A DNA stretch of 64,000 bases from Bugula neritina (taxonomy: Eukaryota; Animalia; Bryozoa), in the NCBI GenBank assembly GCA_964035545.1, contig OZ037769.1, positions 4,383,929 through 4,447,928 on the forward strand, in the 5' to 3' direction. The notes under the pieces were generated by a model. It searched no databases, had not been told where the DNA came from, and was given only the letters and a program-made list of their open reading frames with translations. Of this stretch, positions 38,526-52,800 are shown piece by piece (the stretch's first letter is position 1; every line of letters starts with the position of its first letter). Made by a program: the position numbers and the translations under genes.

Positions 38526-40743
38526 TGTCCCCTATAAGTTTAGTAATAAAAAGCCTCAACAGTAAATCATTTAGTATATACTTCAGTTATATATAGTTAC
38601 GGTCACATTTGGTTGATCCTTAACAAAGAATTACTTTTATAGTGCTCATATTTGTAATATGAAAAGCAAAGCAAATAAAAAGCAGCTTAGTATACTTCTA
38701 GCTTTTTAAAATAATATTTTAACTTCAACTGTTTGATATTAACAACTTTAATAAGTGCATCAAGCATTTAATCTATAACATTTAGCTGTTTTTGTGGTTT
38801 AATAGCATCATTTTACTTCTGAAATTAAGATTAAAATTCAATTTTATTTAGAAATAAATATTTGTAATTTACAAACTTACTAGAGGTTAAATGAAAGAAA
38901 GTTTTGGTGGCAGAAACAATTACTTTTCAATAGGCGAATTCCCACCAGATATGTATAATTAATATAAAATACTCACGCTGGTGTTTCTATTCTCTCCCAA
39001 ACTACAAGTTATCTTTTTTGCTAAGCACTGAAGTTATTTTTATATCACAATAAAATATTGCAAGCGATAATGAATCCTCAATTTAACACTGCGTGATTAG
39101 AAAACACTAATATTACACGTTGTCAACTGTTATCAACAGTTCAAGGATGAGTAAGCAGATAGTTACTTATACTTAAATATAGAAATTATACTTACTAAGT
39201 GAAGAGTCTATCCTTATTATTATAATTGCTTACGTCTAAGTCTCAATACTGTAGTTGAAGCTACTGTAGTGTGGGATAAGAACTATGCTAATATTTTACC
39301 TTCAAGTTTAATGTACCATGATGTTTGCATTGAGCATTATTATCATTATTATGTAAAAAGCAGAACAGATGCTTTTGGATAGCCTATAACAATTGCTCTA
39401 TCATTTACTGCAGTAGCATGTGCTCTGTAAAAACAGCAGTCATATAAAGGGTCCCTGCAAAGGCTTCCTTGTAACAAGGTATACTCATCATTAAGTATAC
39501 TCTGTTACATCTGGAAGCAGAATCTATTACAAACTATAGAATAGCTTATTGTAGCACATGTGTATGAGGTATATCAGTAGTTGCTTTCTTTAGTGAAATT
39601 AACAATGACATACTTGTTATTATTGCAACAGATGTGCATATTACAACATATGCCTTATACATCTAACTATCTTAGTTAATAGTGTGCAAGTAATGCACTT
39701 GACTAATAGAACTTTATATTCTTGGATTGTTTGATTATTGTATGAATATATTGCGAGCTATTTTCAGACTGTGTTGTTGTTGGAGTGAGTTTATATTGTG
39801 TATGGTAAGTATTTGGGATAATGCCAACATACCAATTTTATGTTATATAACACACAAAAAGTTTAAATCTCAGAATAACAGCAAAATTAAAGGTGTTTTA
39901 TAATTACACAATTCCTTATATAATTGCCTTGGTTAAAAAACTACAGCATGAGAAGTTGTCTTCTATGTTGTAGAGTGGTAGACAACTCCTTGGAGATGAA
40001 AATTTACGTATAAATTCAGGGTGGTTAAAAAGCTCCAGACTTGTGGTTTCCTAATTAGAAAGCATGTGATATGTAACAGTGTCATGAATTTCTATGCAGT
40101 TCATAATATTGATGATACAATTATTATGATGTTTGCTTTATTAAAATAGTAACTGAATTGCACTAAATATCCTATTATAAGACGATGTGAATTGTCAAAT
40201 TCGTGAAGAGAAAAAGAACTGGTTGTTTGTAAACTAATGTATTAAACATTGAATTAAGCTTAGATAAGCACATATCCATTGTAAAATAAAGCAATTTATG
40301 TTAAGCATTCACATTAATTTGCAGTCTGTAACACCATGTATGAATTAATTATCAGATTTTAAATATTGACTTCAAAATTGAAATGTGAAACATTAGCATT
40401 TTAAGATGCATACAAACAAATTTACAAAATACTTGTAAACAATTGTGAAACTTATTTAATAGTTTTATGAATGTTAAAATAAACAAATAACTCTGAAAAT
40501 ATTCTTTATAAAAACTAGAAAAATATGAAAAACTGTTAAACACACAAAATTATTATTGAAATCAAACTCTGTGGAATCAAGTAGCATCATAGTGTTGAAT
40601 TCTACGAGCAATTTCCATCATACCTTCGTAAGATTTGAGAAATACAAAATGGCATGAGCAGAAAACTTCTGCAGCAGAGTCGGGAATACAAGAAGACAAG
40701 GGAAGACAACTCCAAGGCCTTCAGTGAATCTCTTTTATGTGCT

Positions 40744-43700
40744 TCACTGAGAAGGCGGGCTTTTGTTAGCGTTATAGCAATAGTAGACCAGCATGTCTAG
40801 CCCGAGCTCTATGAGCTCAAATATGGTAAGTACAGACCAGCCAATCCACAACCCCCAAGCTCCACCTGTATATTATAAAATATTCATATTATATTACTTA
40901 CAACAGGAAATGCTTCAAAATAAAGTTAAAAAATCGATTGCCACTTTATCATTCCCGATGATAGCTATGTGTCTCAATTTGAAAAATAAAATGCCAATGA
41001 TTTTGTAAGTAGAGACTGCATAAAATTTAAAATCCAGCATAAAATACAGTAAAATTTAGAGATTATACCTCTGCAAACTTGTGTAATTAAGAAATTATAT
41101 ACAACAGCTAGTAAACATGTAATTTATCAATGATTCATATTTACATTTTGTACTCTACACAACTTTATTCTATGACACAATTTTAAATCTTTGGTAGAAC
41201 TTACCAAAGTCAGAAGCAAACTGATAATCGTCATAGCTGGCAACTTGCTCATACGTTGTGTAGGTCATTCGCTGGTGAAACACGTTGATCTTGAGAAAGT
41301 TAGACTGAATGGCAAAAGACACCTGGTCATCTCCATATTCATCCTTCAACTTACTTAGCAAGAGTGGTTTAGTTTTGTTTATAACAGCCACAAAGTCATC
41401 CTGATAAAATAAAATACTATATTTTTCTTATTAATTCTTAACAAGTTAGTTCTTCACAAGGAAGCAGCCGTGGTCTAGGGGGTCAAAACTTTGCTTATTA
41501 GAGTGAACACGAAGTCATGGGTTCGAACCGGACAAAGGTCATGGGTAATGTTAGGAAGCGCATCCAGTTGTAATTGCTTTTGTGCCTCATCTGAATAAGT
41601 TCAGGGTTAACGACTATAAACAGCATTTTAGTTGTTTACTCATCTCTGCTCTGTCGGGCTCGGCTAGTGGATTCTATCTAATAAGATATTTATTCAATTG
41701 AATATTATTAATCAGAAATTAATGTGTGGATAGATGGTATAAGCATATATCTTACATATGTACCTAAGTTAATAGATGCAACAGCTGAAGTTCTTTTTCA
41801 ATGAGGAATCATGAATATTATTTTGATAGTAAATCAAATGTAAGGAAAAATTATAATTTAATTGTTCAGTAGTCTACAGGTTTGTCAGTGTACTAGACTA
41901 ATGTAAGACAAGGTGCTTGCAGGTGCTTGCAGGTGCCCACAGTGTGTTATAGGCGAGTGCTTAAGATTAGACAAGGTAATTGATGACCTCATCTTGTAAT
42001 TGGTGTCATGTCAAGTCTTCAATTTTATAAGCTTTGGTTTTTTCTCAAGAAATGACAATTTTAAAACAAAAATGTGGAGTTTTAAGTAAACTAGGTTATA
42101 AAAAGTATGATATTAAATATGGATCCACTATATCTTAATTACCAAAAGCTGATAAGTTTTTTACTTTGTCATTTTACTACACATTCTATTTCTCAGTCTC
42201 ATGATATTCAAATTATTTTTGATCTTACTATAGTCATGGACGCGATGACTTTATTAACGTAGTTATCTATACAGAGTCATGTAAAATAAAATAACATATG
42301 GTAGTGTAACTGTTAATTATATTGGCTGAAAACACACAAATTACGAGTACATATATACTTATATCAAGTAATAGAGTGGATAACTTTTTGTTTTCTAAAA
42401 TGCGACTAAAACAACATTTATTAATTTACTTATTATTAAGTTGAGTTTGCACTGTTGTAAGAGGGCCTGCACATAAATTCATTTTCTTGTGTAAAATACA
42501 TGCAGCTATTTTAATATTTGATTAGCTAATTTTATCTATAACATTACCATTATAAAAAACTGATTTTTTGCCTATAAGGATTTTCTATAGCCTATATCAA
42601 GATTGTATTACCAATTATACTTACTATATAGCTTAAGGCTGGATAGGAAGAAGTTGACTGTGTTGACTCATACAAAATCTCACTGAAAAAACATTTAATA
42701 TCTATCTTTAATTTTTTACATATTATTCAATAAATTGAAAGCAAGTAGCGTAATATATATATAGTGTTTTTGCTTATTTGTAATGTAAATAATCTTAAAA
42801 CTCATAAATATAACGATTCCACTCACTTGCAAGGTTGGTAGCAAGTACCACACTTCAAAGTTCTCTCTGCAAACCTACTACTAACTTCAGTGATGCAATT
42901 TACTACAAGATAAGAATTATAAATATTTTTGTTATATATTCAATTTGAAAGAAATTGATGCTGATACATTTTTCAAGCTTACCATTAGTTGAATTGGTGA
43001 GCTTGCAAGGGCCTTTAGCTCTTTCTATTTGATTGAATACAATAGTGTCATAGTCATATGGCAGGTCTGGATCAAAACATTTGCAAGTGTTGACTAGTCT
43101 GTAATTATTAGAAGTTTTTGTCAAAAAAGTATGTAAAATTATACACATATCTTTATAAAAACACTATTTTTTCTAAATGGTGTTTGATAAAAATTTATGT
43201 GAAAATAAACTAGAACATAAAATTAATTTAATTGGTGTTGGGGGAGCCAGCTTTTTTAAATTTTGCAAGAGTTCCAAAAAGCACTTTTTCAATTTTGCTA
43301 GATTTTAGTAATTAGTAAGTCAGTTACAAAAAAAATAAAATATATTATCAAATAATGACTTGATGTTTAAGACTTCATATATATAAAATTAGCTTTTTTA
43401 TTTAAAAGCTGTATCAAAATTGGAGCTTTTTTATTTTTCTTAATTTCATGTTTTTTTAAAGTAAAAATGTACTTACTCTTTCTGATAGCAAGTTCTGAGA
43501 CACGCCCACTGAGTATAGCTGACATTGTAAGGATAGAAGTACATATTATCTTCATTTGAGTCGAGTCTAGTACAGTTGCCATAGTTTCCATCTAGCCTTG
43601 TCGTGTTGATCTGAAATATGCAAAGTGCTCATTTATGCAACTGAATAGCAAATTTTAGAGTGAAAGGATGGGTATCTTAAGAAATATCTGTGTATTTTGT

Positions 43701-45848
43701 TGAAGAAAAGTTGTTTGCAGTAAAGTTTAAAATCCTTTATTTTTACTCAAAACAATATCGAAATTATTTCTTTTAAACAGTTTGTTTAGTTCTTTTTGAA
43801 AATAAAAAGCTAAAGACTTGCTGATCCTGATAAAAATTCTTTTTTAAAAATAATATATTCTACAGCGAAGAAAAAAGCAAAAGATATCATATACTGCAAC
43901 ATGATTTCGATTTAAAAACGTATGCTTTCATATTTTCCTATATAGCTCATTTTTGTTATTTGTCAAGTTTGATAAAGTTAGTGAATCCTAAATTTTTAAG
44001 TGACATGCAAATGCACTAAGCAACAAAAATCTTTGAGTCATTCTCAACTCATGCCTGCCTATTAGCAAAGTAAAATAAGAACTTGGGTTATAAATTTTGA
44101 GTGTTTTTCAAATCAATAGTTTCCAACAGTTATTATACATTTAAGTTACAAAATCATTATTTTTTCAGCTTCTTATGCTCAAGACAACAAAAAAGCACTG
44201 TTTACCATTTTTACAGCAATGTTATTCACTTGTCCAGGAGAAGTTGAAAGACTATCATGATCAGGAAAAGGCATGGCTTTTTGGTCGTGTATTACAACCT
44301 TTATTCCAGCCTCTTCTGTCAAGAACTTTACATACTCGTAAAGACCAATGTTTATTATTAAAGTCAAACCTGTAAAAGTAAGATACAAAGCAGATATAGT
44401 TTTAATAGCCAGAAAACTTCGTTATTAAATGTATTTATAAACAAAAGTTGCTTAATTGAAAACTATAAGTAACTAAATTTATAGTTACTCATATTTATGA
44501 ATTTTATAAAAATTTAATCTTCTTGTGTGTAAAATAATTATAAAAAGCAAATAGATCATTTTAAAGTTTCGGCAGAATGCTATTAATAAAAAAATGCAGT
44601 TTAATTTCACCTAATATAGAAATGAAACTGATGCATTACATTATAATACATGAATATATTATAATTAATATGGCATGATATATTTTAACCAGTATGATAA
44701 TTTACTTATATGTATGTGTGGTGTGTGTTTGTGATGCAACAAAGCATCCTTTGCAAATTGCTTTCTGGAATTTTTATATAATTATTGTAAAATTGAAAAT
44801 GTAATATAATTAAAGTATAATATAACAATACACAAAGTATTGTGTGTTAGAGAATAACACAATCTGACAATATCTACCATTTGAAGGGCCTGCTAGACTA
44901 GTCTTTTGAATGGCACCATTTTTGCCAGTGTTGAAGCTGTAACAGTTGCCATAAACGCTGTGGTAGAACGTCCAGAAGTCACTCTCAAAACAATTCTCTC
45001 CATCAAAAGAGCAGAGTATAATCATGTCAGCAAAGCTGTATCCCAGTGTACTCTTCTCAGTTGTGTTTAGTAAAGAAATTTCTACAAAGAATTTGTTACT
45101 AATTCGCAATGTTTTGTTGTGACGAAATTTATCCAACACATGTATTATGTAATATGTAAATTGCAATGTACTATAATAGTTTGTTTGTTTTATTTTGACG
45201 TAGATGGAAAAAACACATACAGTTGAGGAAAATGAACAGCTGATCAATAAATTTGAATTAAAGTAAATTCTAATACATTCATGCACATTCAACATTAGTC
45301 AAATTTTAACAATGATTCTTTCATTTAATTTTGTGAATCATAATACTCGTTATATGAAACAATATTAAGAATATTGTTAGAACACAACTTATTTTAGAAA
45401 ATTCTTCATCTAACACATGATGCTATTCAAAATTTTTTTTATGGCACTCGCCTAACGTTTTGCTGATGTTCTAAGAATAATATGGAATGTTCCTTTTACA
45501 GTTCAACTAGCCAGAGGTTGGTCGCCAAACTGCGTTATTATTAGTATAAAATGTGTTAGCCTTGAACCGATGTACCAAACTATAGCTTTTTATTTACCTT
45601 CAGATATTTTCTTGACAAGGCCATTTTTTGAAATTTTATCGTCACTTCCATTTAAATATGATCCCATTGAGCTCTTCACCAAATCATCCATCCAACCCGG
45701 CATGTTTGATCTCTTTACTCCATTATTGTTGCAGACTGTTACAGCTAAGAGTAATATCAATTATTTTAGATAAGATACTATACTATTTTATATGCTTGAT
45801 AATCTCAAACTTTTAAGTCGGAAATAAACAAATTTTGCAAACAGCTTT

Positions 45849-45884
<36 letters not shown>

Positions 45885-47166
45885 TTACTTACATTACATT
45901 GCATTGCATTGCATTACATTACATTGCATTACATTACATTACATTGCATGACATTACATTGTATTACATTACATTGCATGAAATTACATTGCATTACACA
46001 AATGCATAGCTTTTAGCATTTTAAAACTATTTTAATAGTTTAGCTAAAACTGGAGAATTTACTGTGATATACCATTAAATATTTTAGCAAATTAATAGTA
46101 TTCTATTAAAAAGCATTTAGACTATAGTATGAATACAGAATATCTACCAGGAAAATCCAATGACCTTGCTTCATTGATATTTATGTTAGTCACGGAATCA
46201 TATGCTATATAGCCAGTGATCATAATCCAAAGATGCAAGCACAATAGGACTGTGGAAGCCAAAGTCAAGAAGCCCCAAAACAATTTCTTTATGGTTCCTA
46301 AAAACATTATAACTTTTAACAACAAAAGACTTATATTGACATGTTATGAGTCATAATTGCATAATATCTGCTGATTGGTGGTGTAGCAACTGCAGCTTTC
46401 TAAGATGCACCAACAATAATGTGCTTAATATCACTATTGCACTTTTACCACCTTTAACTGTTAGATGTTAAAAGTCTCTAGCTTTTAAAGGAAACTAAAA
46501 GTAGCAAGGCAAAATGCCTGGGACTACCTTTTGCATGGTAGGTGTGAGTAATTCCATGAGATGTTGTGAAATCCATAAATCCAGTGAGAATCACTCTAGC
46601 ACTTAGAGACTTCTCAGCCGCCTCATCTTCAACTGCTACGCCAACTAAAAATAGAGTTCTTAGTTATTAATAGATAAAAATTCATCTTCTCAGCTATAGA
46701 AGAAATTCCTTCCTCACAACTCATAAGTTGTGTAATTTATGCTTATAGGTACTTTGCTTCTTTTTGATCAATAGTTGTCAATACATGACAGTATTATGTG
46801 TATAATGATATTTTATAATATGAGTTATGCATGGGTTTCCAATATCATTTAACACTGGGCAGTGGATTTCTGAAATCATTTATGACTTTTAACTTTCTTC
46901 AACTGCTTTCAAGCAACTGACAAGTGTTTCAAGAAAATAGAAAACAAAATTCTGATCATTTGTGAAATTTAATGAGCAAATGAGCATCAAGATCTTCAAT
47001 TAAAGTTGCTACAATTTGTATTAAATTGTTATAATTTTTGAGACTAATTTGTGATTCAACTAGTGCTGAGGGTTATAGTTGGATTGGTGTGAGAAGCATA
47101 TATCTTTAAATTATAAGTTATAGTTTTTGTTTCCTCTCGCTTCTTCCCTCCCCCTCTCTCCTTCTC

Positions 47167-47221
<55 letters not shown>

Positions 47222-47563
47222 AGTAATGATTATGATTGTAACAAAAATTTCAAAGTAGCCTACTATAGTTTGTACTCACAACTTTTAACTTCTAGTTAGG
47301 TTTTTTATGATACTTGAGCAAAATCATTGATTGAAAACTGTTGTAGTGCTAATTCATTATATCTACTCACCAGTTTGTAGTTCCATACTGTTATTATTAT
47401 GAGTGATTCGTTTTGTTAGTCTATACTGTGACGAGACTCCATTAAACCCGTAGAGATTTCTTTTTGATGGAGTCTCTTGATTTTGCTGTGATTCTCTTTC
47501 AGATGCATGTGGGTAGACTGTGGAAGTCAGCCTCATTGTAGTATCCAAGTCATCGCCCATCAT
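40744..47563 (-). CDS. DEG/ENaC family subunit, copy 2, 558 aa
   Basis: 12 coding exons: 47371-47563, 46528-46644, 46148-46297, 45598-45744, 44878-45081, 44206-44369, 43477-43610, 42983-43098, 42827-42902, 42625-42682, 41205-41400, 40744-40865 (1677 nt). Internal exon sizes identical to copy 1; FTTSHG, FPAVTVCNNN, YGNCYSFN, SDFGGAWGLWIGWSVLTIFELIE; ends ...YYCYNANKSPPSQ*. Confidence 0.95.
41460..41620 (+). mobile_element. tRNA-derived SINE with internal deletion
   Basis: gcagccgtggtctagggggtc...gggttcgaacc...gttaggaagcgcatccag...gactataaa. Confidence 0.85.
45853..45997. repeat. (CA)n followed by (CATT[A/G])n pentamer repeat
   Basis: Direct inspection. Confidence 0.93.
47146..47216. repeat. 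C-run plus (CT)n microsatellite
   Basis: Direct inspection. Confidence 0.9.
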
Positions 47564-48699
47564 TCCCTATGCACACAGGGGCAATGATTTCACATCTGAA
47601 AAGCATGCTGAACCCTGCTATAAGTTATATTACATAATAGGCTTTGGTCAATTTAGTAATGCCATGTACTTAACAGACCAACACAACCTCTCTACAGCTG
47701 CAATTACCGTACAACCAGCATATATAATGCAAAAGATAATTAGCCTTAGATTCCTTTTATCTTAATCTCAAACACTCATGATAATGATAAGGTGTGAGTT
47801 GAAATACTATTACATTGAAAGCATCAACTGGTTTGAGGCTTTTTATCTAATCAAATATTTTAATGAGAGATGATAATACGGAAACAAGTTTTACACATTT
47901 GCTTAAAAACCAAAGGTAATATATCTCATTGCTTTTTCAATTGATTGAGACATACAAGTTTATAGAAGTTTAACTCAGCTAAAAGTATAAAAGCTTGTTA
48001 TACATATATAATTAAGCCTGTAAAAATTAATACAATATTAACCTAAACTATACAAAAATATGACAACTCTCAAAATCACACACACTGCAAGTTAGTCTAT
48101 CATTTTAGACCATATGTTAGAGAAGCTCTGTTCAAATTGTGGGCTCAACTTTTAACAAAATTTTACTAAAGAATTCAGTTTTTCCAAAAAATATTTGTAT
48201 TAATTAACATAATAATTTGATTTATTATTCTTTGAAAGGTTTTGTTTTGTTTTAGTTTTAATGAATATCAAGTCTGCAAATATGATTGCAGAATTAATTG
48301 TAAAGTAGGTGTGTGTATTGTGGAAAGGAAAACCTTGTGCAGTGTTTTGTATATTCTTTTAAATTTCTGACTGACTGGCTGCTTTTCTTTGTTGACACTT
48401 TAAATCAGTTAAATCTGCTAAGAAAATGCATATAAAAATCAAAATTCTACAAAAACATAAACTTGCTAATTTAAAAAGAGTAAACTTACCAGCAACTTTA
48501 TTGAGTGACTGAGCAATAGTCAACTAATCTTTAGAATGCTGCAAAGACCATTGAGTTCAGTCTTTTAGAGCAGATTGCTTAGTAACAAGGCAGTGAATGT
48601 CCTAAACTAGGGTATTGACCCTACTTAATGTAACTACAAACAAAAGCATTGATTTAAAGACTCCCTGATGCACTTCATTTATGCAGTAGTAAATATTCA

Positions 48700-48864
48700 C
48701 AATATTATCAGCAAGAGCAGAGAATTTATTGTAAAACAAAATGGTTTGAGCACACAACTCTCAAGATATATTATGTGTCTACACTATTATCTACTGACTG
48801 TTTGAGGGTTGTGTACTCAAACAATTTACTTTCGTATAAATTTCATGATTATATGCTGATATTG
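48700..48864. repeat. Degenerate inverted repeat (old MITE-like) upstream of channel copy 2
   Basis: Core arms gtttgagcacacaactctcaa (48744-48764) and ttgagggttgtgtactcaaac (48802-48822), 19/21 complementary; weaker complementarity extends out to caatat..atcagca / tgctgatattg. Confidence 0.7.
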
Positions 48865-49861
48865 CTCTAGGTTGGCTTTGAAGCCTTTGGTATTATGAAA
48901 ATAATAATAGTTATTGCTAGCTTTCATGGCATGCTATTTCCAGCTGCTGCAACACAAAAACAGCTCAAACTCGTAGCTCTTTTAAAAGTTTAAATTATTT
49001 TTTTATATAATGAATTATTGTTTTCACTTTTTCTAACCATAAAGGCTTTAAAGATCATGTTTGAGCAGATGGGTTATGATGCACAGATTTTAGATAAATA
49101 TTTATTTTACAAAATTTGATATTAAATAAAATGATAATATATATAAAAATGTAGATTAGAAAAATATAAGATTTATGTTTAGAGACGCATGGGTTTATGC
49201 TTCTAACAATTTTACAACATTATTTTCTAGCAATAAGAGTTTAAAACTATAGCTGAAACACTCTAAACTGAAACTAGAATGCAGATTAAATGCTTAATAA
49301 TCACTTCTTGTTTATGAAAATATATACATGTGTTACCAAGAGATGATGCAGTAGAAAATAGTAAAACTACTACAACATAAATATATAATAAATTGCAGTA
49401 TATACAAGTTTATATAAATTACAGTAGATCCACATCAAAGCATGTGGCACTTATAGCATAAAAAATTATATTAAAAAATATATATATGCTACAAATAAAA
49501 GAATGCCAATTTTCCATCATTCAAATGTTGACAGCTAGTTAAAAGACGCTACACTAGGAGTTATCTATACATACAGTACTCGGTACTTAGAAAGCTGTTA
49601 TTATAGACACAGCTATATAGCCTTATACTTAGCTTGAGAATTCTTTATCAGCGGTTGACTGATGAGTAATCAAATAAAGAAGTAAAAAAGTCCGGTACAT
49701 AAAAAATAAGAAACACCCCTGAACAAAAATATAATAATATTATATATTAAAAATATGATATTTTGAATTAAAAATAATTCTATATTTTCTCTAAAACTTT
49801 AAAATATAAAATTAAAAGTATTTTATCTTGCTATAGTTTAAAGTTGAACAGATACTGAGAG

Positions 49862-52800
49862 TTATGTACAACAGCCCTTTTTATAGCACAAGTATACAAG
49901 AAGGTCTACAGCAAATCCAATGAACTCAAAGAATGTCAAAACTGACCATCCGACCCACAAGCCAAACGTTCCCCCTAAAACAATATCAGATATATTATAC
50001 ATTACACCTGAACATAAGTGATAAACTTGTATTATTTGCATAGAAAACTAAATGTAACAGGTAAAAATTATGTATATCTTTTAAGTGAATTTTAAAATCA
50101 ATCTTAGTAATGCCCCTTCTTTTCTAACTAAGAAAATATCAGCTGAGAAAGATAAAAAGTTATTGGTTATTATAATACCAGAAGATATAACAGTTTCAGT
50201 TGCATTAATTGAAAATCCTGCATGATTTAAACTTTAAATCACTCACTACTTATCTATGTCTGCTCTTACTTATAAACTAATTACTATCCTTTAATCGAAT
50301 TACTGAAAGGTAAATGCATTGCTCCATACAAAGCTGTACAAAATAAGACAATCATGTGAAGTACAGTACATTAGCACTTTTGTACGCTGAAACCCAGTAA
50401 ACCAGCTGGAGGAAATGGTTGCAGGTTTTTGACTGACTCCAGCTGATGATAAAAAATATATTTAATGGAATGCATAACCTAGTTTAATACGAGCAGCAGT
50501 GGTCTAGGGATTAGAGTGTTTGCCTAGTAAATACGAGGTCATAGGTTCGAGCCCCGGAAAACGGCCATTGGTGATGTTAGGAAGAGCATCTAGTCATAAT
50601 TGCTCCTGTACCTCATTTAAATAATTAAATAAATCCTTAGCCTAATTTAACAAAAACCTTTTCCATCAGGGGTTTCTTACAGAGATAGTGACTATAAACT
50701 TGCGTGAGTTTATAACCTAGTTTAATACAGTATGTTGTCACTATTAGCATATGCCACAGTTTCTCCATTAGCATATGTTGCAGTCTCTCACTATTAGCGT
50801 GTTTTAAAGTGTCTCATAAGCATTATAGTTATATTTTTCTTATTATTAGCCTATAGTGCAATATCTCTGTTAGCATGTGCTACAGTCTTTCTATCAGGAA
50901 ATGCTACAGCTTTTCTATAAGCATGTTATGCTACAAGTACATGCAGTAATTATTGTATGCTTGCACATAATTAATTATCATCAAAAACATATAATAATTT
51001 TTTTTTGCAAAAAAATTTTTGGACAAAGTTTAACTATTTGAGCACTTTACTCAAAATATATTACACAATTTATTTTCTTTAAAGATACTTACTTGAGTTG
51101 CATCCTTTTAATAAATGTGCAATAAGTTTATCAAAATAGTTATAAAAGCAATGAATTTATTATTTTCATACCAACTAAAATAAACAATAATTCTGAAAGT
51201 CAATCTTATACTATGGTGATAACATTTATTGCTCAACTCACCCAAGTCTGAAAGAAATTGAAAATCACCATAACTTGGAACCTGTTCGTATAAAGTGTAC
51301 CCAATCGTTTCGTAGAATACGTTTAGTTTAAGGAAATTCCTCTGAATAACTGAGTTATTTAGGTCACCGTAAGCTTCCTCCAGCTTTTCTCTTACGTTGG
51401 GCCTCAGTCTTTGTATGAAATTATTCTGTAACAGCCAGCAGTAGTTAGTTTCTGCTGCTTCAAATATATTGCTTTATGAAGAAATAATAGTAAAATTTGG
51501 CTACTTAAGTAAACAGTATGAGTCATAATAAACAACTATTTGGTATAAGTATTTAAACATCAAAACTAACAAATCTTTTAAAGCACTTGAAAGCAAAAAC
51601 GGTTGTTATTATTTTCATAAATACTTACATACTTGAACATATTACAGCAATTTCACTAGCAGTAAGAATGTGCAGTAAAACAGCTTTTTAAATTGTGTTT
51701 CATAACAAAATTAGCTAATCATACATTTCATTTCACTATGGTCAGACAACTCTAATTAACAGTTGTTGTAAAATTATAGCTGTTTATTAAAATGGTAGCA
51801 AAGGTTTACCGAGTATTGCTGGGCTGGAAAGAAAGATGAAGACAGACTGATATCAAATTTTTCTTCACTGAAATATAATATAAATGATATAAATATAATA
51901 TAAATGATATAAATATAATATAAATAATATAAATATAATACAAATAACGTGATATTTTGATTTAGAAACAGTTCATCCAGGTTAATTTACTTGTTTTCAC
52001 AATCTCCAAAATTAATTTTAAACTTCCAGATAACAAAAAATGTAATAGTGAGTGTGATGCTATAAGAGCTGTATAAAAAGTATAGCCGCATTGCTCGTGC
52101 TTATCTATGAAATACTTGTATGTATCGGACACTCACGAGCATGACTGGGTGCACTGCTTGCACTGTAAAGTCCTAGCTGCGTATTGCCTTCCAAGATCAT
52201 CCATGCAGTCCACTGAAAAGATTAACTGACATACTTATTAATTAAAAATTTTATATCAAGAATTTAGCTTTTTCTTATTTTGAAGGTTTTGATTCTTATT
52301 TTACTGAATATAAATTATATACTGAACTTCAAGTAAAAAAATATAAATTATATTTAAAGTAAATAATTGTCTGCAATAAAACAGATATATTATAGTACAC
52401 AGTCAATCTCTCTGCATGAGTACCATATCTATCTGTTGTAATTCCAATACAGTTACCCCATTGTTACTAACATTAATTCATAGGTACAAGTTTCTGCTAA
52501 ATTATATGCATGCTATTTATTAATTGTAAGTTTTTAAGGTTCGAGCCGGACAAAGGTCGTTGGTGATGTTAGGAAGAGCATCCAGTCATAATTACTCCTT
52601 TGCACCATTTAAATAAGCTCTTATAAGGACTGTTAAAGCCAGCTAATTAGCTGGCTTTAACAAAAACCCCTTCCATCAAGGGTTTTTTCACATGGATAGC
52701 AACATGTAAACTTCCGTGAGTTTTTTATTTGTAAGTTTTTAATGAAGCACATAACATATCATTTTCTATAGATTACTAGATCTACTAGAAATTAAACAAC

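Noticed and set aside
40735-40746. Stop-codon readthrough or selenocysteine at the copy 2 TGA
   Set aside because: Context TGA-A is not the leaky TGA-C type, a TAA follows after two codons, and paralogs end at similar positions.
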